From an uncultured delta proteobacterium (GTDB lineage: Bacteria; Desulfobacterota; Binatia; Binatales; Binataceae), in NCBI GenBank assembly GCA_963794325.1, contig CAWCDG010000004.1, forward strand, positions 672,001 through 736,000: 64,000 bases of DNA. The letters run 5' to 3'. The notes under the pieces were generated by a model. The model did not search any database and was not told the DNA's origin. It saw only the letters and a program-made list of their open reading frames with translations. A program made the translations under genes and the position numbers. Shown here piece after piece: positions 1 to 9,365 of this stretch (position 1 is its first letter; each line of letters starts with the position of its first letter).

Positions 1-829
1 TGCATTCCGCCGGCGCCCAGCCGAGTCGCAGCGCGCGAATGAAGCCGGCGCAATATGCGTCGCCGCATCCTGATGTGTCGACGACTCCGATGTCGTGCGC
101 CGCCAAATGCACCCGCTCGCGCGCAGTCGCCAGCAAGCTGCCGTCGCCACCCATCGTGAGCACGACTCCGCCCACACCGAGGTCAATCAATCGCGCGGCA
201 GCATCTTCGGGCTTGTGCGAGTCCGTCAGCTTGCAAGCCTGATCACTGTTGGGCATGAACCAATCGACGAATGGCAAGCATGGCTTCAGTATCGCGAGCA
301 GTTTGGGCGAGCCCTCACTCAGGATGTCCATGCTGGTGGTCGCACCGCCGTCGCGTGCGTGCCGAAGAATCTGCGCCGCTCCGTCGCGCCCGAGTCCGCG
401 CATCGAATCGTTGCCGCCGAGATGCAGATGCGCCGTGCTCTCGATCAGCGCCCACGGCACGTCGTCGATCGAATACACAGCGTTGGCTCCGATCGCATGA
501 AGCGCGGGCCGGTCGCCGTTTGGCCTGATCGGCAGAATGCTCGCCGAGGTTTGGACGCCAGTCTTGCGAACGACATGCGCAGTGTTGACGCCGAAGCGAT
601 TCAACGAGCGGATAAGCACGGCGCCAAGTGCGTCGTCGCCGACGGCGCCGACCGTCGCGACTTCGAGTCCCAGTTTCGCGAGGCCGACCGCGGTGCCCGC
701 CGCGGAACCCGCCGGCGCGAGCCGAATCTCGTCGAGCAGCACGCTGCCCTGCCCCTCGGGGATGTGCGTGACGTAGCGGCCGAGGATGTCGAGGACGTGC
801 GCGCCGAGCGTCACAACGGTATCGCCCAT
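1..829 (-). CDS. PfkB-family carbohydrate kinase (3' end runs off the window)
   Basis: Manual translation: MGDTVVTLGAHVLD...APAGSAAGTAVGLAKLG...VGAVGDDALG and the PfkB signature VVDTSGCGDAYCAGF; ATG overlaps the upstream stop (TGATG). Confidence 0.85.
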   Translation of the reverse strand, partial: MGDTVVTLGAHVLDILGRYVTHIPEGQGSVLLDEIRLAPAGSAAGTAVGLAKLGLEVATVGAVGDDALGAVLIRSLNRFGVNTAHVVRKTGVQTSASILPIRPNGDRPALHAIGANAVYSIDDVPWALIESTAHLHLGGNDSMRGLGRDGAAQILRHARDGGATTSMDILSEGSPKLLAILKPCLPFVDWFMPNSDQACKLTDSHKPEDAAARLIDLGVGGVVLTMGGDGSLLATARERVHLAAHDIGVVDTSGCGDAYCAGFIRALRLGWAPAEC

Positions 830-1518
830 CAGTGACTCGGCCTCTTGCGAGCGATTTCACGATCCTGTCGCGCGATCACTGCAGCATGAAGCTGCGCGAC
901 GGTTTTTTCCGGCAGTACCGTGATCGGCTTGCCAGTCGAAAGCGCATCCATATAGATGTGCGCGGATTTTTCGAGCAGCTCGACGAAGGTGAAAGTTTTG
1001 TCGAGATCGGTGCCGACGCAAAGCGTGCCGTGGTTCTGAAGAATGTAGCAATGGCATCGATTGGCGAGTTTGCGCGCGACGTTGTCGTGCAGTTCGGCAG
1101 AGCCTGACAAGGCGTACGGCACCACATCGATAGTCTTGCCGATCGCCAGTGTGACTTCGTCGAACAGCGGCGGGATCGGCTGATTCAGGATGCTGAGGGC
1201 GCTCGCGAACGTTTGATGAGTATGAATGACGGCGCTGACGTCGGCGCGCACCTTGTACGCCGCGACGTGCATCGGAGCTTCGATCGACGGTTTGCGCGTG
1301 CCCTCGATTGGCGCGAGGCCGAAGTCCACGACGCAGATGTCCTCGACCGTCATCACGTCGTACTGAAGCCGCGTCGGCGTGACGGCGATCGCATTCTCGC
1401 CTTCAACCAGCATCGAGACGTTGCCCGCGCTGCCCGACTTGGATCCGAAGTAGCCGTCAGCCGAAAGCCGCTGGCTGATGCTCAGGACTCGCCGCTTGTA
1501 CTCGTCGTAGCGTCCCAT
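829..1518 (-). CDS. Class II aldolase/adducin family protein
   Basis: AGNVS, KPSIEAPMH, HTH and LQNHG Zn-binding motifs. Confidence 0.9.
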   Translation of the reverse strand: MGRYDEYKRRVLSISQRLSADGYFGSKSGSAGNVSMLVEGENAIAVTPTRLQYDVMTVEDICVVDFGLAPIEGTRKPSIEAPMHVAAYKVRADVSAVIHTHQTFASALSILNQPIPPLFDEVTLAIGKTIDVVPYALSGSAELHDNVARKLANRCHCYILQNHGTLCVGTDLDKTFTFVELLEKSAHIYMDALSTGKPITVLPEKTVAQLHAAVIARQDREIARKRPSH

Positions 1519-1588
1519 CTAAAAAAACGCGCCCCCACAGTATCGCTCAATTTTCACGATACCGCGGGGGCGACTTTACTCAAACCGG

Positions 1589-3001
1589 CTACGAGAGCTT
1601 GACCGAGTTCACGACCTGGATTTCCGTGAAGCCCATCAAACCCCACGGACCGTTCTCCACGCCTATGCCCGACCACTTCGCTCCGCCGAACGGCAGATTC
1701 GGCGCGATCGCGAGATGCTGATTGACCCACGCGGAACCGCATTCCAGCTGCGACGCGACCTCGGTGCCGCGGACCGAGTCGTTGGACCATACCGAGCCGC
1801 TCAGGCCGAAGTGCGTCGAGTTCGCGCGGCGGACCGCATCGTCGACATCCTTGTAAGGAATGATCGGGAGCGCCGGGCCGAACTGCTCTTCGTCAACCAG
1901 GCGCACGCCGTCGGAAATATTTCCGACGATGGTCGGCGCAAAGAAGTAGCCTTCCTTGCCGAGGCGCGAGCCGCCCGAGACAATCTTCGCGCCGTGCTTC
2001 TTGGCGTCCTCGACCAGCTCGGTCACGCGCTCGAACTGCATTTTGTTGTTGATCGGACCGAGCTGAGTGCCGGCCTCGAGCCCGTCGCCCACTTTGACGC
2101 CCTTGGCAATTTCGCCGAGGTTGTCGAGCAGCGCGTTGTACATCTGCTCCGGAACGTACACCCGCTTGATCGCGCTGCAGATCTGTCCCGAGTTCTCGAA
2201 CGCGCCCCAGAAAATCTTCGGAGCCACCGCGGCGGGATCCACGTCGGCCAGGATGATCGCGGCGTCGTTGCCGCCGAGCTCGAGCGTTACGCGCTTCAAA
2301 TCGGGTGCGGCCGCGGCTGCGACTCGCTTGCCGGTCTCGACTGAGCCGGTGAACGAAATCTTTCGCGGCACCGGATGCGTCGTCATCCACGCGCCGAGCT
2401 CGTCGCCGCCGGAGATCACGTTGAGAACCCCGGGCGGCACGATGTCGCGCAGAATCTCGCCGAGCATCAGCGTCGTGATCGGCGTGTATGGCGAAGGCTT
2501 CAGCACGATCGTGTTGCCCGCGAGCAGCGCCGGCGCGATCTTCCACATCCCGAGCATCAGCGGATAGTTCCACGGCGTGATCGCGGCGACGACGCCGAGC
2601 GGCTTGCGCTTGATCTCGATTTTGCCCTGCGGCGTGTCCTGCAGCACTTCAGCCGGCAGATCGAGCATCGCCGTGTATGCGCACCACATCGAAGTGCCCA
2701 TGATTTCCTGACCCGCTTTGTCGAGCGGCTTGCCCTGCTCGAGCGTGAGCGTCCGCGCGAGACCTTCAGGCGGTTGTTGAAGCGCGGCGGCGCAATCCTG
2801 GAGGACCTTGCGACGCGCATTGATGTCTTTGCTCCACGACGGGAACGCTTTCTGCGCCGCGTTCATCGCCTGGTCGAGTTCAGCCTTCGAGCAATCGGGA
2901 ACTTCGGCGAAAATCTTTCCGGTGGCGGGATTGATCACGCCAGTGGATTTCGATCCTTTCACCGACTTGCCGTCGATAGTCATGGTGTATCCAGCAGCCA
3001 T
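1589..3001 (-). CDS. Aldehyde dehydrogenase
   Basis: ITPWNYP, FTGS, LELGGND, GQICSA, EEQFGP; start MAAGY follows AAGGAG RBS. Confidence 0.95.
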   Translation of the reverse strand: MAAGYTMTIDGKSVKGSKSTGVINPATGKIFAEVPDCSKAELDQAMNAAQKAFPSWSKDINARRKVLQDCAAALQQPPEGLARTLTLEQGKPLDKAGQEIMGTSMWCAYTAMLDLPAEVLQDTPQGKIEIKRKPLGVVAAITPWNYPLMLGMWKIAPALLAGNTIVLKPSPYTPITTLMLGEILRDIVPPGVLNVISGGDELGAWMTTHPVPRKISFTGSVETGKRVAAAAAPDLKRVTLELGGNDAAIILADVDPAAVAPKIFWGAFENSGQICSAIKRVYVPEQMYNALLDNLGEIAKGVKVGDGLEAGTQLGPINNKMQFERVTELVEDAKKHGAKIVSGGSRLGKEGYFFAPTIVGNISDGVRLVDEEQFGPALPIIPYKDVDDAVRRANSTHFGLSGSVWSNDSVRGTEVASQLECGSAWVNQHLAIAPNLPFGGAKWSGIGVENGPWGLMGFTEIQVVNSVKLS

Positions 3002-3119
3002 CAGAGTCTCCTTGTATGCGGAATCCGCGTGGGCAAATGTAACTGATTCAATACAACGGTGGTCGCGTCGCGCGCAAACGGCACTCGAGCGACAGCATCG
3101 ATTGCTCGCACCGGCGGGC

Positions 3120-3150
3120 AAAGAAAGGGCGGTCCGAGACCGGACCGCCC
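3120..3150 (-). terminator. Rho-independent terminator
   Basis: GGGCGGTCCG-4 nt-CGGACCGCCC hairpin followed on the minus strand by TTTCTTT, just after the 3170..3442 gene. Confidence 0.7.
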
Positions 3151-3169
3151 GCGATGGTTTCGATTTAGG

Positions 3170-3442
3170 TTAGTTTGTTTTTTGGGTCGAGCTCTTGTCG
3201 GTGGTCGTCGTGGATCCGCCCGGACCGTTGTCACTCGTAGTCGTTGCAGATTCCGAGGTCTTCTCGGAGGCCTGCGCCGGTGCCGCGGCGGCGCCGGGAG
3301 CGCCTGGCGCTCCTTGCGGTCCCTGTGCGCCGGCTACGGGAACCGTCGTAGTTTCTTTTTCACATCCGACGACCGCAGTGCCGAGCAGGAACGCGATACT
3401 GATCAACGCGGCTGCCGTTCCGATCTGTTTCTTAATCATCAT
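3170..3442 (-). CDS. Small lipoprotein with a short Gly-X-Y tract and Ser/Thr-rich tail
   Basis: Signal peptide with lipobox VVGC; GAQGPQGAPGAPGA. Confidence 0.65.
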   Translation of the reverse strand: MMIKKQIGTAAALISIAFLLGTAVVGCEKETTTVPVAGAQGPQGAPGAPGAAAAPAQASEKTSESATTTSDNGPGGSTTTTDKSSTQKTN

Positions 3443-3560
3443 TTCGCCCTCATCTGACTGTAGTGTCCATCGAGGGTCACGATATCAGCAGTAGTCGGCG
3501 GATGTACTTCCATGATCGTGGATCGCCGTTACCAGCATAACCAACCACGTCGTTTCTCAA

Positions 3561-4946
3561 TCAGCCGGCGATTTCCTCCTTCAATCCCGCCACCTTCAGC
3601 GCTTTTCGCTTTGCGCCCTTGAGGTCGTAGTACCGGCGCGTGACGATTCGTTGCGCGTAGAGTCCGCCGCCCGCCTGCACGTTGGTGACGGCTTTCCATC
3701 CGCCGTATGCGTCGGCGGTGAGATCGCGAATCGCATGAAACAATCGCGCACGATATTCGCCGTCGATTCCCTTGCTGGTGCCCATGTACTTGCGGACGAG
3801 CGGGCCGGTCACTTCGTTTTCGAGATCGGCGACGCCGGGCGCAGTGAGGATCGATCCGCCCGAGATGTCGTGCAGGTGCCGCACCATCAGATTGTAGTTC
3901 GCCGCGCCGTGATACTTGCCGGCGTTGGTGTAAAGCTCGTCGGGAAACGCGCCCTGCTCTGTTATCTGGCAGTTCGCGATCGCTGCTTCGAGCGCGGCGC
4001 GAATCAAGGTGGCGTGGATGAGCATCTCGGAAATCTTCTCCTTGATATGCCCTTCGCCCGCCAGTCCGTTGGCCTCCGCGACCAGCTGCGCAAAGCCGAC
4101 CAGCTGATCGCCCTCTTCAGCCATCGCCGAAAGTCCGCCGAGCCGCTCCCAGAGCCCAAGCGAATGCGCAAACACGGCGGCCTGCGCAACCGCGCCGTCG
4201 AGAAAGATGCGCTCGTTCGGCACGAACACGTTGTCGAGGATCACGAATCCTTCGGCCATGTGAATTTTCGCGGAGACCGGGAACGTGCGCGTATCGGGAT
4301 GCCGCGGCGCGAACGTCGTGTCGATTATCTTGACCCCCGGCGAATTGACCGGCACTGCGCATCCGATCGCGTATGCCTCCTCGCCGGGCTTCATCGCCTT
4401 GGTCGGGATAACCATCAGGTCATGCGCCATCGACGCCCCCGTGATGTGCAGCTTGGCGCCGCGAATCACGACGCCGTCGGAGCGCCGCTCAACCACCCGC
4501 GTGTATGCATCCGGATCGTCCTGCTTGCCCGGTGGACGCGAGCGATCGCCCTTCGCGTCCGTGATGCATTCGACGATGCGAACGTCCTTGCGCTGCGCGG
4601 CATGCACGTAGTTGCGGATGCGCTCCGCATATTCCGGCAATGCGTCCGCGATGCGCGTCGCGGCGGTCGTCAGCGTCATGATCGATTGGTAAGTCACGTT
4701 GGCGACGATGTCGGATTCGAGCAGCAGTGGAATCCGATCGCGCAATTCATTCGCCGATCGCGGAATCCTCATCAGTGGGCTGACTGCTCCCGGCTCGGGC
4801 GAGTAGAACTTGTCGTAGCCTTCCGCAATTCGCGTGACGCATTCGCCAAGCACAGGATGATTGACGATGTCGCGCACGCGCTCGCCTTCGAAATAAGTCT
4901 CGCGATTGTCGTCGAGCGACTTCTTGTATTGCTGTCCGGTCATCAT
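3561..4946 (-). CDS. 4-hydroxyphenylacetate 3-hydroxylase family protein
   Basis: MMTGQQYKKSL..R N-terminus, ITDAKGDRS, GVVIRGAKLHIT, NVFVPNERIF. Confidence 0.85.
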   Translation of the reverse strand: MMTGQQYKKSLDDNRETYFEGERVRDIVNHPVLGECVTRIAEGYDKFYSPEPGAVSPLMRIPRSANELRDRIPLLLESDIVANVTYQSIMTLTTAATRIADALPEYAERIRNYVHAAQRKDVRIVECITDAKGDRSRPPGKQDDPDAYTRVVERRSDGVVIRGAKLHITGASMAHDLMVIPTKAMKPGEEAYAIGCAVPVNSPGVKIIDTTFAPRHPDTRTFPVSAKIHMAEGFVILDNVFVPNERIFLDGAVAQAAVFAHSLGLWERLGGLSAMAEEGDQLVGFAQLVAEANGLAGEGHIKEKISEMLIHATLIRAALEAAIANCQITEQGAFPDELYTNAGKYHGAANYNLMVRHLHDISGGSILTAPGVADLENEVTGPLVRKYMGTSKGIDGEYRARLFHAIRDLTADAYGGWKAVTNVQAGGGLYAQRIVTRRYYDLKGAKRKALKVAGLKEEIAG

Positions 4947-4961
4947 CGCGATCTTCTCTCC

Positions 4962-4977
4962 TTAAACGGTCGTTCAA
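4962..4977. promoter_or_regulatory. Candidate TetR-type operator
   Basis: TTAAACG-GT-CGTTCAA imperfect palindrome abutting the RBS of the hydroxylase gene. Confidence 0.35.
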
Positions 4978-5120
4978 TTGGCCCAAGTCTCGCCCAAATC
5001 GCCTCTCACGTTCAAGCACTCACCAGCGATCTGCTTGACAACGCCAGGGACCATCCGGTCATAGCTGCTCGACCTGCCGGGATACGGGCACTCGTACGAA
5101 ATGGCGGAGCGTTCAGGCGA

Positions 5121-5723
5121 CTAGAGCTTGAAGGTTTTGAGCGCGCTAAGGATTTTCGTGGTCAACTCGCTGTTCAGCGTCATCCCCTCAAACGCCATCG
5201 CTTCCAGGGTCAGGCACACGATGTGCGGGATTACTTCGTAGTGGGGATTGCCTGCGTCGGTCCGTGGAAAGAGTTCCTCGAACGATCGATTGATGAATTC
5301 CGATACCCGATCGTTCGCTTCGCTCACCGACTTTTGCAGATATGAATCGGTGCGGCTCGCCACCACCAGTTCGATCCACGCCGTCGTCAGGCGGCCATTG
5401 GAAATCTCCCACAACAGATCGATCGCCATCGCTCGCCGATCGCTCTCATCGGTCAGCCGGCTCACCTTTTCTTTTATCTCGCCGAACTTCAGTTCGAAAA
5501 GGTGCTCGACCGCGCTGGTCAGCAGCTCCTCTTTCTTCGGGAAATGGTAGAGCTGAGCGCCGCGCGAAAGGCCCGCGCGCTCGGCGATTTCGGAAGTTGT
5601 CGTGTTCGCGTAGCCTCTATCTATCAGGCATACGATAGCAGCGTCGAGCAGGCGTCGTCGCGTTTCTGCAGTTTTCTCGTCCTGCGTAAGGCGTTGCTTG
5701 AAGTTTGGTGAGGAAGCGCCCAT
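5121..5723 (-). CDS. TetR/AcrR family regulator
   Basis: GYANTTTSEIAERAGLSRGAQLYHFPKKEEL helix-turn-helix. Confidence 0.95.
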   Translation of the reverse strand: MGASSPNFKQRLTQDEKTAETRRRLLDAAIVCLIDRGYANTTTSEIAERAGLSRGAQLYHFPKKEELLTSAVEHLFELKFGEIKEKVSRLTDESDRRAMAIDLLWEISNGRLTTAWIELVVASRTDSYLQKSVSEANDRVSEFINRSFEELFPRTDAGNPHYEVIPHIVCLTLEAMAFEGMTLNSELTTKILSALKTFKL

Positions 5724-5822
5724 AACGCCGACAATCGTAGCAGACTGGGGTTCGTTATCAAGGAAGATAGGCGGTCGCCAAATTAGTATCGCTACTACAG
5801 GGTTATCCCGATTCCACGTGAT

Positions 5823-7172
5823 ATGAATTCACCGATGTCACCAGGTACGGGCGGGATGGCGGGAGCGAACGGCATTGCTGCGTGGCGGCGCTCGCTCGAT
5901 CAGTACCGCGATCGTCGCGTATTGCTAATCCTGCCGCTCGGCTTCGCCAGTGGCCTGCCGCTGCTGCTGACGTTTTCGACGCTGTCATTCTGGTTTGCCA
6001 AGGCCGGCGTCAGTAAGGCGACCATCGGCGCGTTCGCACTGGTCGGCACCCCGTATGCCTTCAAGTTCCTGTGGTCGCCGCTGATCGATCGGCTGCCACC
6101 CCCGATTCCGATCGGCCGCCGGCGCGGATGGGGCATCCCAATTCAACTTGCTCTAATCGCCACGACGCTCGCGCTGGGATCATGCGATCCGAAAGTCGAT
6201 CTCGCGCGGATGGCTGCGTTGGCGATCCTGGTTGCGTTCCTTTCAGCCAGCCAGGACGTCGTGATCGACGCTTACCGGATAGAGATTCTGACCCCCGATC
6301 AGCAAGGTCCCGGCGCCGCGATGATTCAGACCGGGTACCGGCTCGCCATGCTGGTGTCGGGTGCCGGCGCGCTGATTATCGCCGCCCGTTATGGATGGTT
6401 CGCGGCTTACGCCACGATGGCCGTGCTGCTTGGCGTCGGGATGCTCGTATTCATTTTCGGGCCCGAGCCAACCATACCGCCCGATGCGCAGCCGCATACC
6501 GCTTCGCGCGGGTTTGACGCGGTCCGCGAATGGTTCGCGACCGCGGTGGCAGGGCCGTTCGCCGACTTCATGCAACGACCGATGTGGCTCGCGATCATCA
6601 TCTTCATCGTCGGTTACAAGCTCGGCGAAGCGATGGCCGGCGTGATGGCTCCGCCGCTGTACGTCTCGATTGGATTCTCGCTCAACGAAATAGCCGCGGT
6701 CTCGAAGCTGGTCGGATTCTTCGCGACTATAGTCGGCGCGATCGTCGGCGGCATCGTGACCTCGAAGCTTGGCGTGATGCGCGCGCTCATCCTGTGCGGA
6801 CTTCTGCAATCGGCCGGCAACTTGTTTTACGTGCTGCAAGCCGTGGGCGGGCATCGGCTCGACTATCTTGCGTTATGCGTCGCCGCCGAGAATCTCACCA
6901 GCGCGATGGCCGGCACGGCGCTGGTCGCGTATCTCTCCGGCCTGTGTTCGCCGGCGTTCACCGCGACGCAATATGCGCTGCTGTCTTCCCTGTCGGCGGT
7001 GGGGCGCACGATGTTCGCGTCTTCGGGAGGCGTGCTGGCTGACAAGCTCGGCTGGGTTCCGTTTTTTCTACTCACGACGGTCGCGACGATTCCGGCGCTC
7101 ATGCTGCTTATCTGGATCGCGCGGCACAATCCGGAACCTTCGCCGGGACCGCGGGAATCTTTTGTTACATAG
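5823..7172 (+). CDS. ampG: AmpG-family muropeptide MFS permease
   Basis: LGFASGLP, KFLWSPLID, SASQDVVIDAYRIE, FTATQYALLSS. Confidence 0.85.
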   Translation: MNSPMSPGTGGMAGANGIAAWRRSLDQYRDRRVLLILPLGFASGLPLLLTFSTLSFWFAKAGVSKATIGAFALVGTPYAFKFLWSPLIDRLPPPIPIGRRRGWGIPIQLALIATTLALGSCDPKVDLARMAALAILVAFLSASQDVVIDAYRIEILTPDQQGPGAAMIQTGYRLAMLVSGAGALIIAARYGWFAAYATMAVLLGVGMLVFIFGPEPTIPPDAQPHTASRGFDAVREWFATAVAGPFADFMQRPMWLAIIIFIVGYKLGEAMAGVMAPPLYVSIGFSLNEIAAVSKLVGFFATIVGAIVGGIVTSKLGVMRALILCGLLQSAGNLFYVLQAVGGHRLDYLALCVAAENLTSAMAGTALVAYLSGLCSPAFTATQYALLSSLSAVGRTMFASSGGVLADKLGWVPFFLLTTVATIPALMLLIWIARHNPEPSPGPRESFVT

Positions 7173-7250
7173 ATAACACATTAGGTAGATTCATCTTCTG
7201 GTCGTGCCGTTATCCACCTTGCGCACCGACGGCTCTGATACACTGATCCG

Positions 7251-8021
7251 ATGACTCGTGTTCGACAATCAGGTGCCCGCAGATTGCGGGGCCTGAAGAA
7301 TATTTCCTGGCTCACGACGCGCCAGCTCGACAAGCTCTCCAATGCGCTTACTGTCAGCGTAGTCGAAAAGCGCGCGATTATTTTCGACGAGAAACATTCA
7401 CACGACTCCGCCTTTATCCTGCTGACGGGCGTGGCGCGAATCACATGCCGGAATCGCAAGGGAGCGCGCACTCTGGTGATCATGGTCGCACCCGGAATGA
7501 TTCCCGGCTTTCCCCCTCCGGTCGCCGGCATAAGTTACAATTTTCGATGCGAGGCGGTCACGGTTTGCCGCGTAGGAACAATCCAGCTCGAGGCGCTGGT
7601 CGAAATATCACTCGGCGTCGCGTCGGCCGACTTCAAGCGGATGGCGGAGAGCTACCTCGGCCGCTGGGATTTGGTTCAACTGCGCTGCGCGAATTTCATG
7701 AGCTGCACATTGGAAGAGCGCTTGGCGCTGATCCTGCTCGAACTGGGTGAAAATTTCGGCGTCCCCGACCCAAAAGGAATCCGCCTGACGCTGCCCACCC
7801 GCCATCGCGATATCGCCGAACTAGTAGGCGCGTCGCGGCCGCGAATCACCGAACATTTGATCATGTTCGAGCGCAAGCATCTGATTTCGCGCAACAGCCG
7901 TCAACTCGTCATCAGTCGCGATCGATTGGAAAGCTTTCTGGCGCAAACCCATATCGCTCTCGCCGAAGCAGAGTCCGGGAAAGCGCGCCGTAGCTCATCG
8001 GAACGTGCAGTTGGCGGCTGA
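7251..8021 (+). CDS. Crp/Fnr family regulator
   Basis: Cupin-like N-domain, LEERLALILLEL, HTH RHRDIAELVGASRPRITEHL. Confidence 0.85.
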   Translation: MTRVRQSGARRLRGLKNISWLTTRQLDKLSNALTVSVVEKRAIIFDEKHSHDSAFILLTGVARITCRNRKGARTLVIMVAPGMIPGFPPPVAGISYNFRCEAVTVCRVGTIQLEALVEISLGVASADFKRMAESYLGRWDLVQLRCANFMSCTLEERLALILLELGENFGVPDPKGIRLTLPTRHRDIAELVGASRPRITEHLIMFERKHLISRNSRQLVISRDRLESFLAQTHIALAEAESGKARRSSSERAVGG

Positions 8022-8131
8022 AGCTCGCCAGCGCATTCGGTTCCCTCAATCCTCTATTTTACGTTCTTCAAAGCACGAGTCATTTGTTATATGGGTGACA
8101 TTTCGTTTCCTCTATCGGTTGCAACAGGGGT

Positions 8132-8884
8132 ATGCTGCAAGCCTCTAGGGTGCAAAATTTGAATGAACGAAACACTTCACGCGAAACCGATCTTGACCGA
8201 CTGAGCCGCCTCAAGGCCTTATCCTGGCTGTCCCAACCTGAACTTGCGCTTCTGATCGGTGCGATGGCGATGGCCAACTACAAACGGCACTCGGTCATCC
8301 TGCGCGAGGTTGCGCTCGCCCGCGACGCTCACATTTTGTTAACAGGGATCGCGCGCATCACATGCCGCAACGCGCGCAATGAGCGGGTCACCGTCGCGAT
8401 GCTCGCGCCGGGGCCGATTCCCGAGTTCCCGGCCCTGCCGCTCAGCCAGTCCAGTTTCCAGTGCGAGGCTTACAATGATTGCCGGGTCGGGACGGTAAGC
8501 TGGAGTGATTTCGACGGGATCACCGCAAACGCTCCCGAGTCGGCCTTCAGGCAATTTCATCGCAACGATTTGAAGCAGTGGTATCGCCTCCTGCTGCGCA
8601 GCTCGAGCTTTCTCAACCTCGGCCTCCATGAGCGAATCGCAATCGCGCTGCTCGAACTTTGCGCGGACTTCGGAATCGAGGAGTCGCGCGGCACGCTGCT
8701 ACGCGTATCTTTCAGCCACAAGGACATCGCGAACCTGGTCGGGGCCTCGCGCCCGCGGGTCACCGAGCATCTGGCGCGGCTCGAGCGTGAAAAGTTCGTG
8801 ATTCGGCAGGGACGGCAGATGGTGGTCCAGGTCGCCAAGCTCTTCGACTCGATGAATGCGCAAGCGGGTGCGCTTCTGAATTGA
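8132..8884 (+). CDS. Crp/Fnr family regulator (tandem paralogue)
   Basis: LHERIAIALLEL, HTH SHKDIANLVGASRPRVTEHL. Confidence 0.85.
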   Translation: MLQASRVQNLNERNTSRETDLDRLSRLKALSWLSQPELALLIGAMAMANYKRHSVILREVALARDAHILLTGIARITCRNARNERVTVAMLAPGPIPEFPALPLSQSSFQCEAYNDCRVGTVSWSDFDGITANAPESAFRQFHRNDLKQWYRLLLRSSSFLNLGLHERIAIALLELCADFGIEESRGTLLRVSFSHKDIANLVGASRPRVTEHLARLEREKFVIRQGRQMVVQVAKLFDSMNAQAGALLN

Positions 8885-8923
8885 CGCACGCGATCGAGTC
8901 GCGACGTCAACGAGGTAAGTTTC

Positions 8924-9136
8924 TTGGAAATGGAACTCAACCTGGTCCGAATCGAGTTAATCGACGATCCGGCCACGATTGCAGAGGTCGGATTTGAAGC
9001 TCGATGCGAAGGCGATGATTTGATTTGCCGGCGATGTGGAGATGCCGAAGAAGCTATCGCGGCTATCCTGGTGGTCCCGGCGGGAGGACACGCGCGATGG
9101 GCGCTGTGCGCGAATTGTTTGCTCGAATTGCCCTGA
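8924..9136 (+). CDS. Small hypothetical protein with two CxxC motifs
   Basis: CRRC...CANC; co-directional with the Crp genes. Confidence 0.45.
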   Translation: MEMELNLVRIELIDDPATIAEVGFEARCEGDDLICRRCGDAEEAIAAILVVPAGGHARWALCANCLLELP

Positions 9137-9365
9137 ACTAGCGCCGCTACCGCAAACCGATGAACACAATTGTCGACACACCCGCGAACCCCGGCGACTT
9201 GTTGCACGCGATGCTGGAAGGCCTGATCGTCGTCGAGATCAGTCACGCGACTTTCGTGAAGAAACAGCCCCAACCTCCCTCACCGTCGCGACGCGGGCCC
9301 GGAATCCGAAGCGTAAGATCAAGCCGAATCGCGGTTTCCGGTCGTTGCCGGCCTGCCAGGTAGGT

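Noticed and set aside
3651-5345. 564-aa plus-strand ORF (likewise 95..835, 33211..34389, 51059..52471)
   Set aside because: Antisense shadows of well-supported genes in GC-rich DNA; no motifs
9160-9363. 67-aa ORF
   Set aside because: No motif or clear RBS; cannot be supported
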